From Chiloscyllium plagiosum (taxonomy: Eukaryota), in NCBI RefSeq assembly GCF_004010195.1, contig NC_057749.1, positions 23,303,375-23,339,764 on the forward strand: DNA of 36,390 nucleotides, read 5' to 3'. Below the pieces are notes generated by a model. It was not told the DNA's origin, did no database searches, and was given only the letters and a program-made list of their open reading frames with translations. Positions 1 through 10,514 of this stretch are shown here, one piece after another. The first letter of the stretch is position 1, and each line of letters opens with the position of its first letter. Both the position numbers and the translations under genes were made by a program.

Positions 1-59
1 CCCTGAGGAGTGCAAGCTGGAAACTTCAGCAAGTTGTCTCCCTTTTCAGCAATATACAG

Positions 60-178
60 CAAACAGACGAAGAAGCAAAGAAGTTTTTAACCTACGTGGG
101 TTCAGAGTTGAATGTTGACCAGGATACAACAGAAAACCCTTTTACTCTTCTGCAAAATGGTGCTGTGGGATTTCCATT
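60..178 (-). mobile_element. DeuSINE (SacSINE1/AmnSINE-like) fragment, degraded
   Basis: Reverse complement AATCCCACAGCACCATTTTGCAGAAGAGTAAAAGGGTTTTCTGTTGTATCCTGGTCAACATT resembles the Deu-domain 3' part as I recall it (GATCCCATGGCACTATTTCGAAGAAGAGCAGGGGAGTTCTCC...TCCTGGCCAATATT). Confidence 0.4.
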
Positions 179-227
179 CAAAACGGCAGGTGGAATGACA
201 ATCCAAAGGTGGATAGGCAGGAACATT

Positions 228-1105
228 AGTCATAGAGTCATACAGCATGGAAACAGACCCTTCAGTCTAACCAGTATTTACCTAAACGTCTTTTAAATGT
301 TGTAACTGTGCCCGTTTCCACCACTTCCTCTGGAAGTTCATTCCACCTCTGTGTTAAAAAAAATCACCTCTCATACCTTTTTGAAATCTTTCATCTCTCA
401 CCTTAAAAATATGCCCTTTAGCCTTGAAATCCCTCACCCTAGGGAAAAGTCACCTGCCATTCACCTTATACATACCCCTAATGATTTTGTAAACCTCTGT
501 ACGGTCACCTCTGAACCCCCTACACCCCAGTGAAACATTTCCCAGCCTATCCAGCCTCTCCTTATCACTCAAACCCTCCATTCCCAGCAACATCCTGGTA
601 AACCTCTTCTGAACCCCCTCCAGCTTAACCCCCTCCAGGGAGACCAGAACTGGACACAGTACTCCAGAGAGGCGTCGCTAACAACCTCGACCTAACACCC
701 CAATTCCTATATCAAAGGACTAAGCAATGAAGGCAAGCTTGTTAAATGCCTTTGTAACCACCTTGCCTATATATGACGCAAACTTCAAAGAATTATGCGC
801 CTGAACCCCTCGGTCTCTCTGTTTTACGATACTACCCAGGGCGCTACTTTTTATTGTTTTTGTTTGTTTTTTTACCAAAATGCAATACCTCACATTTATC
901 CAAATTAAACTCTATCTGCCACTCTTCAACCCACTGACCCAATTGATCAAGATTTCTTTGTAATCCTATATAACCTCCTTCACTGTCCACTAAAGCATCA
1001 ATCGTGGTATTGTCCTCAAATTTACTAACCATGTCTCTTATATTCTCATCTAAATCAAATACATAAATGACTAACAAACGTGGACCCAGCGCCAATCCCT
1101 GTGGT
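228..1105 (-). mobile_element. CR1/HER1-type LINE, 5'-truncated (RT C-terminus + 3' UTR), decayed
   Basis: ORF 844-1179 encodes DLDENIRDMVSKFEDNTTI...LQRNLDQLGQWVEEWQIEFNLDKCEVLHFG, a CR1 RT with degenerate FADDT; 3' tail (CTATGACT)n at 228-243. Confidence 0.9.
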
Positions 1106-1403
1106 GTTAGCAGTATGGGAGTGGAAAGGCAACACTTTCTCAAGTTGTTACAATTGGAGATATATAATAGAGGCAACATTTTGGAGGAAAATGCTTTCTG
1201 TCCTGCAGACTGCTTGGATACACCTGCTAATAAAATTTAGATCTACCTAGTGGATAGCCTGTATTGCTGTTCATGATGAGGTAGAGGACATTTCATAACA
1301 ATGGATGGTGGAGAAAACAAGTCATCATTTACAGGAAGTTTGCAAGTGATCTGACATGGGGCAAACAAGTAAGTGGCATCATCTTTTTGATTGTCTCAAG
1401 ACT

Positions 1404-1985
1404 AAGATATAGGAGCAGAATTAGGCTATTCAGCCCATTGAGTCTGTTCCGCCTTTCAATCATAGCTGATAGGGTCTTGATTAGTTAGGTGATCAAGAGT
1501 TACAGGGAGAAAACTGAAGAATATGCTTGAGAAACCTATCTATCTCTGTCTTAAATACACTCAGTGACTCAGCCTTCACAGTTTTCTGCAGCAATGTGAT
1601 TCACAATTTCCCCACTCTCTGACTGAAGAAATTCCTCCTCATCACAGTGCTACAGGATTGTCCCTTCGCTCTGAGGCTGTGCCCTTAGATCCTAGTCTCT
1701 CCTACTAGTAAAAACATCCTCTCCATGTCCACTCCATTCAGGCCTCTCAATTTTCTGGAAGTTTCAATGAGATACCCCCCTCATCCTTCTAAACTCCATT
1801 GAGTACAGACCCAAAGTCCTCAACAGCTCCTCATATGACAAGCTGTTCACTCCCAGGATCATTCTTGTAAACCTCTTCTGGACCTCCCTCCAAGCCCAGT
1901 AGATCCTTCTGTCTGAAACTGTGTCCTCAGACCTTATACTCTCCTATCAGTGGAAATGTCTCCAACTCCAATCTTTCCAGGCCTC
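1404..1985 (-). mobile_element. CR1-type LINE 3' end (second subfamily) with an internal micro-inversion
   Basis: Tail TAAGATATAGGAGCAGAATTAGGCTATTCAGCCCATTGAG; body homologous to the plus-strand CR1 3' ends at 18650-18860 and 25795-26050. Confidence 0.75.
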
Positions 1986-2477
1986 TGCAAAGGATACTGA
2001 AAATCAGGAACTCCACCCCGCCCCCTCGAAACATTTGAGATTGAGGATCAATTCTAAATTAAGATTGATAGAGTTTTGCTTGATGACGGTTTAAAGAATC
2101 AAACGATGGAATTCTGTTCCTAAACCTCTCTTTGTCATGTCCGTCCATTAACAGGTTTATTAAATTGATCCCTTCCACCAAGCCATTGATTATCTATGAA
2201 GTACAAATTGAAGTCGGCCTGAGGTGACTGACTGATGCATGTCCAAGGTGATTAATGGTTTCTCCTTGCATTTTCTGGGCTAGTAGCATTATAGATTGTC
2301 CATCATGCAATGGGATTGTGCTGATTCACATTCCCCGACATTGTAGAATCCCTACAATCACCTAGTCCTCACTGAGGCGCCACCACTGACTCCTCAAGGT
2401 CAGGACTAGACCTGATTCTTCAGCCTCAGACACCACCAGGGTAGACTGAGTCACTGGATAATAGAGCAACAATGAAT

Positions 2478-2640
2478 GGCCTTCCTCACATTTTAAGTTC
2501 AAACTCCTTCTTCTGGATCGCTGCCACCAGAGGAAATAATTCCTTCCTAATCGCTCGATCAAATTCTTCAATAATCTTAAACACCTTGTTAAATTACTCC
2601 TTAATCTTCTAATGTCAAGGAGATGCAGGCTGACTCGCCA
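2478..2640 (-). mobile_element. Old CR1 fragment (ORF2 C-terminus)
   Basis: ORF 2362-2643 reads LDIRRLRSNLTRCLRLLKNLIER, a decayed version of the CR1 motif LE.RRLRGDL.EV.KI. Confidence 0.5.
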
Positions 2641-2658
2641 CAATCCATAATTTAATCA

Positions 2659-3472
2659 TATTAGACTCCAGCTCAACCCAGAAACTATAGTCTTGGAGAC
2701 AGGGAGGCCTTCATCCCAGATATTGGTTGAGTTTCTCCACTGGCATGGTGCTCAATGGATGAGTAGCTAAGTGCGCATAGTGATACCAGTCTGGATTTAT
2801 TCAGTGGCTGACAGCAACAAGTGATTTGGTACAAAATCTGTCAATTAAGCCACATCGCTAGTTGACCTTGCAGTGAGACAATGTCCTCCAGACACTGTGA
2901 GTCAATTGCTGTTCAAATTCTTGTACTTGACTGTTTTAACCAAGGTGGAGGTGGGTAGAGAGACAATTACATAGCTTCATCATTCAAGTTACACCAGAGC
3001 TACACCAAAAGTATTTATATTGACATTACCATAGAAAGCTTGTTTGTAACTTAATCTGCGGTTGAGTGTCATAACCTCTTGGTGTCAATGCAGTGTAATT
3101 GGTAACTCTGTATCATTCCCTTTCTTCCCCTGCTAGTACCTTAAACACTGAGGGATGTTAGTCACAGCGCCACAGGAATCCATTGTGGAATCTTTGAACA
3201 TAGAGATGCTGTGGCACAGCTTCTACTGAATGGCCCTGACTGACCAAGAGACCCTTACAACTTGATGTAAGCATATTGGAAGTTTTGACCACATCTTGAA
3301 CACTTTCCAGATTGATCAAGTCCTGGAGTGGAACTTGAACCTGGATCAGTGGTTAGCACTGCTGCCTCACAGTGCCAGGGACCCGGGTTTGATTCCACCC
3401 TATTAGTCTCCAGCTCAACCCAGAAACTAAAGGCCTGGAGACAGGGAGGCCTTCATCCCAGATGTTGGTTGA
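2659..3472 (+). repeat. Dispersed 72-bp direct repeat (2659-2730 and 3401-3472)
   Basis: TATTAG(A/T)CTCCAGCTCAACCCAGAAACTA...GGAGACAGGGAGGCCTTCATCCCAGAT(A/G)TTGGTTGA; 5 mismatches in 72 by my count. Confidence 0.9.
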
Positions 3473-3712
3473 CTGCCTGTGTGGAGTTTGCGCAGTCTAC
3501 CTGTGTCTGCGTGGATTTCCTCCCACAGTCCAATGATGGGCAGGTTAGGTGGATTGGCCATACTAAATAGCCCATAGTGTGCAGGGTAGGCGAATTATCC
3601 AATGGAAATGCAGAGCTACAGGGATAGGCTGGATCTGGGGGAGATGCTCTTCAGAGGATTGATGTAGATTCAATGGGACAAGTAGCCTGGCTCCATGCTG
3701 TAGGGATTCTAG
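3346..3712 (+). mobile_element. HE1 (V-SINE) SINE carrying a 72-bp foreign insertion
   Basis: tRNA-like head TCAGTGGTTAGCACTGCTGCCTCACAG...GGGTTTGATTCC, V-domain TGTGTGGAGTTTGC, tail GCTGTAGGGATTCTA. Confidence 0.9.
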
Positions 3713-4667
3713 GAATACTATCCATAACTGCTGCCACCCTTCCAATTACATTGTTTGTTTTAGACATCCATTATGATTAAGCTCAGTTATCTCACAATCC
3801 TTTAGTCTCCCTTTAGGATTTGGATCCAATTGAAACAACATTTATGAAACATGGACATTTTCAGCATACTAATGAACTTGCACAAGGTTGAACTGGGACT
3901 TAACAATTTATCCATTTATTTCCCCCAAAAGATCTGAACAAAAAAAATCTGTCATTGAAAGAATCTGTCACTGAATTTGACAATGATTCTACCCAAGACT
4001 CTGAAACGGTCAGTGCAATAATAAAGTGACCATGTAATTAGCTGTTAATGATAATGGACCAGATGGGAATAGAAATAATAACTGGCTCAACTAACCAATG
4101 AAACTGATGTCAATTAACGACTAATAGTGCCCATGGTGGAGTTTGGTGATCACCTTTGTCACTACTCAAAGGAGGTTATAGCACAGAGCGTTCGGCTCAG
4201 AAAATCAGTGCTTCCAAATTTATTCAGCGTGAAGGACCCAAAGTGAGATGAATACACGCACAGTACAGCCATGTGTACCACGCAGCTCTTCATTAGCATT
4301 CCAACAATATCACTACACTGCCGGCATTCACATTGCACATGCAGATCAAGCAGCACTCATTGAGAGGGAATGTTTGGAAAAGTACATTTCACAGTGTCAC
4401 CGTTAACATTATCACACTACTAAACAAGTAAACACAAGGATAGGTTCACAAGCAATGTGGATCATGCCAATGCACATTAACATCTACAGAAAAGCGGGCT
4501 GCAGAGTAATGAAAATAGCATCTTCACACATAACAGCAAGGGAATGTATGAGCATCATAATTGGGAGGAGGTGGAACTATTCCTTGTATTGGCTGAATTA
4601 CTGCATTGGGATTGAGTGGAAGGGTGTGCAGGAACTAGGAGCCACTCTGTTGTTTCAAACTTCTTTC

Positions 4668-5010
4668 AGGGGATGAGGGCGCCACTGGCCACCTTGGCAT
4701 CGATTGCCCATTTTTAATTGACCTGGCAAAGGTGGTGGTGAACTGCCTTCACAAATTACTACAGTCCATGCCTGGTAGGGACAGCCACAGTGCTGCTGGG
4801 GAGGGAGGTCCAGGGCTTTCACTCAATGAAACCAAACCTGATATATTTCTAAGCCAGGATGGTGAGCGGCTTGGAGGGGAACTTGCAAGGGGTGGTATTC
4901 CCAAGTATCTGCTGCCCTTGTCCTTCTAGATGGAAGTAGCCATGGATTCGGAAGGTGCTGTCTAAGGGGCTTTGCAGTACATCCTAAAGATGGTACACGC
5001 TGTTGCTCCC
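4668..5010 (-). mobile_element. Non-LTR retroelement 3' region (unclassified family; related tails at 21640-21740, 24025-24215, 25426-25510)
   Basis: Shared motif GGGATGAGGGCGCCACTGGC...ATTGCCCAT..TAATTG recurs in the window in both orientations. Confidence 0.55.
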
Positions 5011-5303
5011 TGGGGGGAGAGATAAACTTCGATTAGATTTTTCACCGTGGCACCAGAATCTTTCAGAGTCAGAGGAGAGACTTCGCTGCAGTAAATGATA
5101 AGCAGCTGGAGGGCACTTTAAAAAAAGTCCATATTAAAAAGTAGCCAGGTCATGGCCATTGGTGAAGTGGGTACATGGGGGTTGAGGGGAGTGGTATGCC
5201 ACTTGATAAAGTATGCCAGCTTGCCACAAAGTGCCCACTTCCACAGCTGAACCTTCTCCCATCATGTTGGTAAATTGGATGCAGTTGGCCTGGTTAGTCC
5301 CTT

Positions 5304-5650
5304 CATAGAATTCCCCACAGTGTGGAAGCTAGTCATTCGGCCCATCACCAACCCTCCAATAAGCACCCCACCCAGAATCACCCATTCCTGCGTTTCCCAT
5401 GGCTAACCCAACTAGCCTGCAAATCCCTGAACACTATGGGACAATTTCCCATGGCCAATCCACCTAACCAACACATCCCTGAACACTATGGGCAATTTAG
5501 AATGGCCAATCCACCCTAATCTGCACATCTTTGGACTGTGGGAGGAAACCAGAGCATTCAGAGGAAACCCACACGAACACCGGGAGAATGTGCAAACTCG
5601 ACACAGACAGTCGCCTGGGGCTGGAATTGAACCCGGGTCCCTGGCACTGT
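5304..5650 (-). mobile_element. HE1 SINE with internal ~50-bp tandem duplication (5423-5521)
   Basis: CATAGAATTCCCCACAGTGTGG tail; CTGCACATCTTTGGACTGTGGGAGGAAACC core; ATCCCTGAACACTATGGG...ATGGCCAATCCACC occurs twice. Confidence 0.9.
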
Positions 5651-5994
5651 TAATGACCTTGCCACCTTTGTTAATAAAGCTTTTGATGAGCCTAATGATA
5701 AGCGACCAGCCTGGTGAAGGAGGGGTAGCTGTTGCTGGGCCCCCAGCATACATCGGTCAAGAGAGCAGATGGCAGAAGCATGATCACCCACCTTAATGCG
5801 CAGGGTCCAGCCACCTCCAACCTTAACCTAGGCAGACCCTGATATCCAGCCTCTATAATAGCACGGTGATCACTTTACATTTTGTTTCATTGAACCACCC
5901 CTCAAATCTTCTGCAGCACTAAATAAATTAGTGATTTGCAAATACAAAAGAGTACGGAAGGAGGGTGGGTTTGAATTGAGACGGAATTGGAGAG

Positions 5995-6450
5995 GGAAGT
6001 AATGCATCCGATCCCCATGGTGCCCACCTCTCAGCTTTGAGAGTGTGGATGGGCACAGCGTGCTGTCAACCCAAGGATACTTGCGTGCAACCAAGTAGCC
6101 TCAGAAGAGAGGCAGGCAATCAGCGATGACAAACCCTTCCAAGGCCCACTGCCAGGACCTGTTGATGGCCACCTTGGCCAGGCCCAGGAGGTGGTCTCTG
6201 ACTTGCTCCTCCCTCCCCCACCCCAGACCAAGGTCAAAGATCAGGAGTGTGAGCCTGAAGTGGAACCAAAAGCACAACAAAGTTTTTCTCAAATAATCTA
6301 AAACGCCCACAGTCAAAAGATACATGGCCCACAGACTCCATCGCATCACAAAATAAATAGTTTGGCTGACAGTCCGCGAACCACCTTCATCCACAATTGC
6401 ACGTGACAGCTGCATGCAACACTCTCAGCCCCATATCCCTGATGGAGAGT
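5995..6450 (-). mobile_element. Tx1-clade LINE fragment (ORF2 C-terminus), decayed
   Basis: ORF 6101-6415 LLCFWFHFRLTLLIF...LLGLAKVAINRSWQWALEG..ADCLPLF; homologous to the copies at 9401 and 32786. Confidence 0.7.
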
Positions 6451-6512
6451 GGAAGCACTCCTGCAAGCCCTAACACTGGGCAGTTTAATTTTTGCCAGTA
6501 TTAACTTAGCAG

Positions 6513-8181
6513 TCTCCGGAGGGACTCCGGTAACCAGCAACACGGGGGCGGGGTCTTCGGTAACCAAGTACCCAGGGGCGGGGACTCCGGTAACCAGCAA
6601 CCTGGAGCAGAGACGCTGGTGACCAGGGACCCGGGGGCAGGGACTCTGGTAACCAGGACCCGGGGGTGGGGACTCTGGTAACCAGGACCCGGAGCAGGGA
6701 CACCAGTAACCAGCAACCCAGAGCAGAGGTTCTGGTAACCAGTGACCTGGAGCGTGGACTCCATAACCAGAGACCTAGGGCGGGGATTCTGGTAACCAGT
6801 GATCTGGAGCATGAACTCCGGTAACCAGTGACCCGAAGAGGGGACACCACTAACCAGCGACCGGAGCAGGGACACAGGTGTCCCCTCTCTAGGTTGCTGT
6901 TTACCGGAGTTCCCGCTCCGGGTCGCAGGTTATGGGAGTCCCTTCTTCGGGTCGCTGGTGACTGGAGACCCTCTCCGGGTCACTGGTTACCGGAGTTCCT
7001 GCTCCGGGTCACTGGTTACCGGAGTCCCTGCCCCCGGGTCCCTGGTCACCAGCGTCCCTGTTCCAGGTTGCTGGTTACCGGAGACCCCACCCCCGGGTCA
7101 CTGGTTACCAGAATCCTGGAGCAGGGACTCCGGTAACCAACGACCCAGAGTAGGGACTCCAGTAACCAGTGACTCAGAGTGTGGACTCCAGTAACCAGTG
7201 ACTCAGAGCGGGGACTCCAGTAACCAGTGACCTGGAGCAGGGACTCCAGTAACTAGTGACCCGGAGCGGGGATTCCGGTAACTAGTGACCCGGAGCGGGG
7301 ACTCCAGTAACTAGTGACCCAGAGCGGGGACTCCGGTAACTAGAGACCCGGAGCGGGGACTCCGGTAACTAGTGACCCGGAGCAGGGACTCCAGTAACCA
7401 GTGACCTGGAGCAGGGACTCCAGTAACTAGTGACCCAGAGCGGGGACTCCGGTAACTAGTGACCCGGAGCGGGGACTCCGGTAACTAGTGACCCAGAGCA
7501 GGGACTCCAGTAACCAGTGACCTGGAGCAGGGACTCCAGTAACTAGTGACCCAGAGCAGGGACTCTGGTAACCAGTGACCTGGAGCGTGGACCCCGGTAA
7601 CCAGTGACCTGGAGCGGGGACTCCAGTAACTAGTGACCCAGAGCGGGGACTTCGGTAACCAGTGACCCGGAGCGTGGACTCTGGTAACCAGTGACCCGGA
7701 GCGTGGACCCTGGTAACCAGTGACCTGGAGCGGGGACTCCAGTAACTAGTGACCCAGAGCGGGGACTCCGGTAACTAGTGACCCGGAGCATGGACTCCGG
7801 TAACCAGTGACCCGGAGCGTGGATCCCGGTAACCAGTGACCTGGAGCGGGGACTCCGGTAACCAATGGCCCGGAGTGGGGCTCCGGTAACCAGTGACCTG
7901 GACTGGGGACTCCGGTAACCAGTGACCCGGAGCAGGGACTCCAGTAACCAGTGACCTGAACCAGGGAGTCCAGTAACCAGTGACCCGGAGCAGGGACTCC
8001 AGTAACCATGACCTGGACTGGGGACTCCAGTAACCAGTGACCCGGAGCAGGGACTCCAGTAACCAGTGACCTGGACCGGGGACTCCAGTAACCAGTAACC
8101 CGGAGCGGGGATACCCATGACCAGTAGCCTGAGGCGGGGTCTCCTGTAACCAGTGACCCAGAGTGGGGACTGTGGTAACCA
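6513..8181. repeat. GC-rich minisatellite, 29-bp unit, roughly 55-58 copies, block ~6880-7113 inverted
   Basis: Consensus CCGGAGCGGGGACTCCGGTAACCAGTGAC; period 29 (e.g. 7261 to 7290); it explains all the repetitive ORFs in 6346-8279. Confidence 0.97.
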
Positions 8182-8224
8182 CCACCCCCCTGCACTGGTC
8201 TGCTGCACAGAATCCTTGGAGAGA

Positions 8225-8612
8225 GACTGTGATGTTTGCTTTTGTAATTTTCCTTCTTGTTTTTCTGACCCCCCAACAACTGTCTGTAACTACAATGTCA
8301 CTTTATTTCTTTACCGTCAGTTCTGCTATAAAGCAATGCAAACCCATGTTATAAGAAAATAGTGTACGAACAAATCATATAAACTAATGGGGCCAGAATT
8401 GCATTATAACCAATACACACATTAAAAGTTCACGCTTTAGAAATTCACCAATTGCATTATAACAAATTTGCATTAAAGAAACATGTTATAGCAGAACAAC
8501 CTGTATTTCTTTACTCTGTACCAAGGCACTGTATGTAGTGACTTATAAACTTTTCTCTGTACATGTACTTGTTTGAGTATATGACAATAAAGCTAATTCA
8601 ATTCAACTCAAT
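8225..8612 (+). mobile_element. 3' part of a non-autonomous retroelement with Rex1-like tail (interrupted by a MITE)
   Basis: GACTGTGATGTTTGCTTTT matches GGACTGTAATGTTT.GCTTTTT at ~31181 and ~31804; ends TGTACTTGTTTGAGTATATGACAATAAAGCTAATTCAATTCAA. Confidence 0.55.
8314..8503. mobile_element. Tc1/mariner (Tigger/pogo-like) MITE
   Basis: Imperfect TIRs CCGTCAGTTCTGCTATAA ... TTATAGCAGAACAACCTG, flanked by TA at 8312-8313 and 8504-8505; internal repeats AATTGCATTATAAC. Confidence 0.7.
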
Positions 8613-8999
8613 CAGGCTTTTATTTAGCTTAATAAAGACAAAATTCATACATCATATAAAAATTGATGACTATTCCCTTGGTTTAAAACTTCTTTCGTGT
8701 GTGACACAGCCTCAACCTGTTGTTGTCTTGCACTAAGTGTATCATTCCCCAACGATAATATCTCTGCCGTGGTGTTGCACCAAATTGTAACGTTTCTAAT
8801 TAAAAAATAATGCATGGCACAGCTTGTAAGGAAACATGTGAAGTATCAGCATTTTGCAAATAGTGTTGGTGCATCGCTCAAACTGATTGTGTGTAGCTTT
8901 ACATGATCAGAAATGTTAGTGTCTAAATCCAGCATCATTTATCACAGCAAAACAGAAGGTGTTAAACATGGCTGCTTGCCAGTCACATATAGTGAAATA

Positions 9000-9125
9000 T
9001 TTACAATTAATTCATCAGAAATTCTCTCCTCCTTTGATTAGCTGCCACAGTCCAATTAGCCATCCAATTAAGCTACTCTAATTAGTACAATTGCTCTTAT
9101 GCAAATTACATGACTGAGGGACAAG
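9000..9125. promoter_or_regulatory. Candidate developmental enhancer / conserved non-coding element
   Basis: Non-repeat AT-rich stretch with clustered homeodomain cores (CAATTA x3, TAATTA, TGATTA), ACAAT Sox-like sites and a perfect octamer ATGCAAAT at 9099-9106. Confidence 0.3.
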
Positions 9126-9373
9126 AAGAAATGTTCCCTTAAATGATGCCCTAAAACTAACATTTCAAAAACATTAAAGCTCTGATGAAATTCAGACAGT
9201 GAGTGATATTCTTGGGTTTAGGGACTGTTGTGTTTTTGAGTCTTTCCTGTCCTCACTTATACTTTGGATTTTAGGTTGAATCTGGTTTCCAATGGTCGAA
9301 AGAGACCTGCAGTGGGTTCAATTCCTCATGAGCTCTGGCTGACAATCAAGAAACCTTTCCAGCAATTGTTTTG

Positions 9374-9996
9374 TAGAATCATAGAATCCCTACAGTGTGG
9401 GCCTACTCCTGGGCCAGGCCAAACTGGCCACAAACAAGTCCAGGCATCGGACTGTAGAGCAGGTCATTATAGCCTATTGCCTGCCCCTCTTCCATGGTTA
9501 CGTCCATGCCCGGGTGTCCTGGGAGAAGGAACACGTGGTGTCTACCAACACCCTCGAGATTTTCAGGGAGAGCTGGGCACCGCAGGGTTGTGGAGTGCTT
9601 TATTCCTTCCTCCGACTCTATTTTGATTTAGTCCCTGCCCTCCCTTTCACTTTTTGATCACATAGCATTGCTCTTTGATGAGAAAGGCACTGCCCCTAGC
9701 CACTCTGGTGTTTCCTTTCTTCCTGGTGGTGGAAAATGAATTAAGATTTATGTTGTTTTTTTACTGTGTCTCACACACAAAATGGGTGCTGTGGAAAAAA
9801 ATAAGCACTTCCGCTGTTCGGTGATAGTGTGGGGGAAAAAAGCATGGAAACAGGCCATTTAGCCCACACCAACCCTCTGACGAGTATCCAAACCAGACCC
9901 ATTCCTCTACCCTATCATTCTACATTTAACCCTCACTAATGCACCTAACCTACTCATCCCTGAACACAATGGGCAATTTAGCTTGGCCAATTCCCC
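9374..9996 (-). mobile_element. HE1 SINE 3' portion, split by a Tx1 insertion (pieces 9374-9400 and 9841-9996)
   Basis: TAGAATCATAGAATCCCTACAGTGTGG resumes as AGCATGGAAACAGGCCATTTAGCCC after the insert. Confidence 0.8.
9401..9840 (+). mobile_element. Tx1-clade LINE 3' end (ORF2 C-terminus, 3' UTR, short A tail)
   Basis: ORF 9397-9657 GLLLGQAKLATNKSR...CLPLFHGYVHARVSWEKEHVVSTNTLEIFRESWAPQG; 3' UTR homologous to the reverse complement of 32790-32975. Confidence 0.75.
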
Positions 9997-9997
9997 A

Positions 9998-10328
9998 AAT
10001 ATCACAGGAAATCCTCTAATCCAGGAGGAAAGAACATCAAAACACAATGCTGACAAAGGGCGTGTAGCAGCTGGGAGAGATTCACTACCTTCCAATCCTG
10101 CTGAGACCCAGCAACAAAACTGCTGAAAGTTAAACCTAAACTCCCTGGTTCTGTGGCTGAAAGCTTGACCACACCCATTCAGGCTGCTTCTATTGTTTCA
10201 GCTTTTAAAGAGAACACCTAAGGCTACATAAGTTGTTTATCCTCTCGTAGACTGCTCGAAGCCTGTCCCCCAATCTCTGCCTAAAAAAAAAGACAAAATA
10301 CACCTCTTAAAGCTACAGCATTGTCACA
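9998..10328 (-). mobile_element. Possible LTR fragment
   Basis: Reverse complement begins TGTGACAATGCTGTAGCTTTAAGAGG (TG terminus typical of LTRs) and abruptly truncates the adjacent HE1; no matching second terminus identified. Confidence 0.35.
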
Positions 10329-10374
10329 ACAGACCATTTTGGATTTCAAAATAAAGCACTTTTCCTTGATCACT

Positions 10375-10392
10375 ACACACACACACACACAC
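10375..10392. repeat. (AC)n microsatellite
   Basis: About 9 AC units. Confidence 0.9.
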
Positions 10393-10514
10393 TGCAACTC
10401 ATCAGAGGAAAATCAAATCTCTTTGTTTATTTTGGGCCTGAATTGTTTCATATCTATGTCTTTATAACATGTTACTAACATTTAAAACCTCTTTTTGCCT
10501 CTCAACTAAAAAAG

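Noticed and set aside
4162..4356. 64-aa ORF in unique sequence as an exon
   Set aside because: No recognisable protein similarity or convincing splice sites.
6513..8181. CRISPR-like array (29-bp repeat with internal hairpin)
   Set aside because: Units are head-to-tail with no unique spacers, there are no cas genes, and the context is vertebrate.
7630..8279. Long repetitive ORFs (up to 192 aa) as protein-coding genes
   Set aside because: They are translations of a 29-bp minisatellite cycling through frames; overlapping ORFs occur in all three frames.
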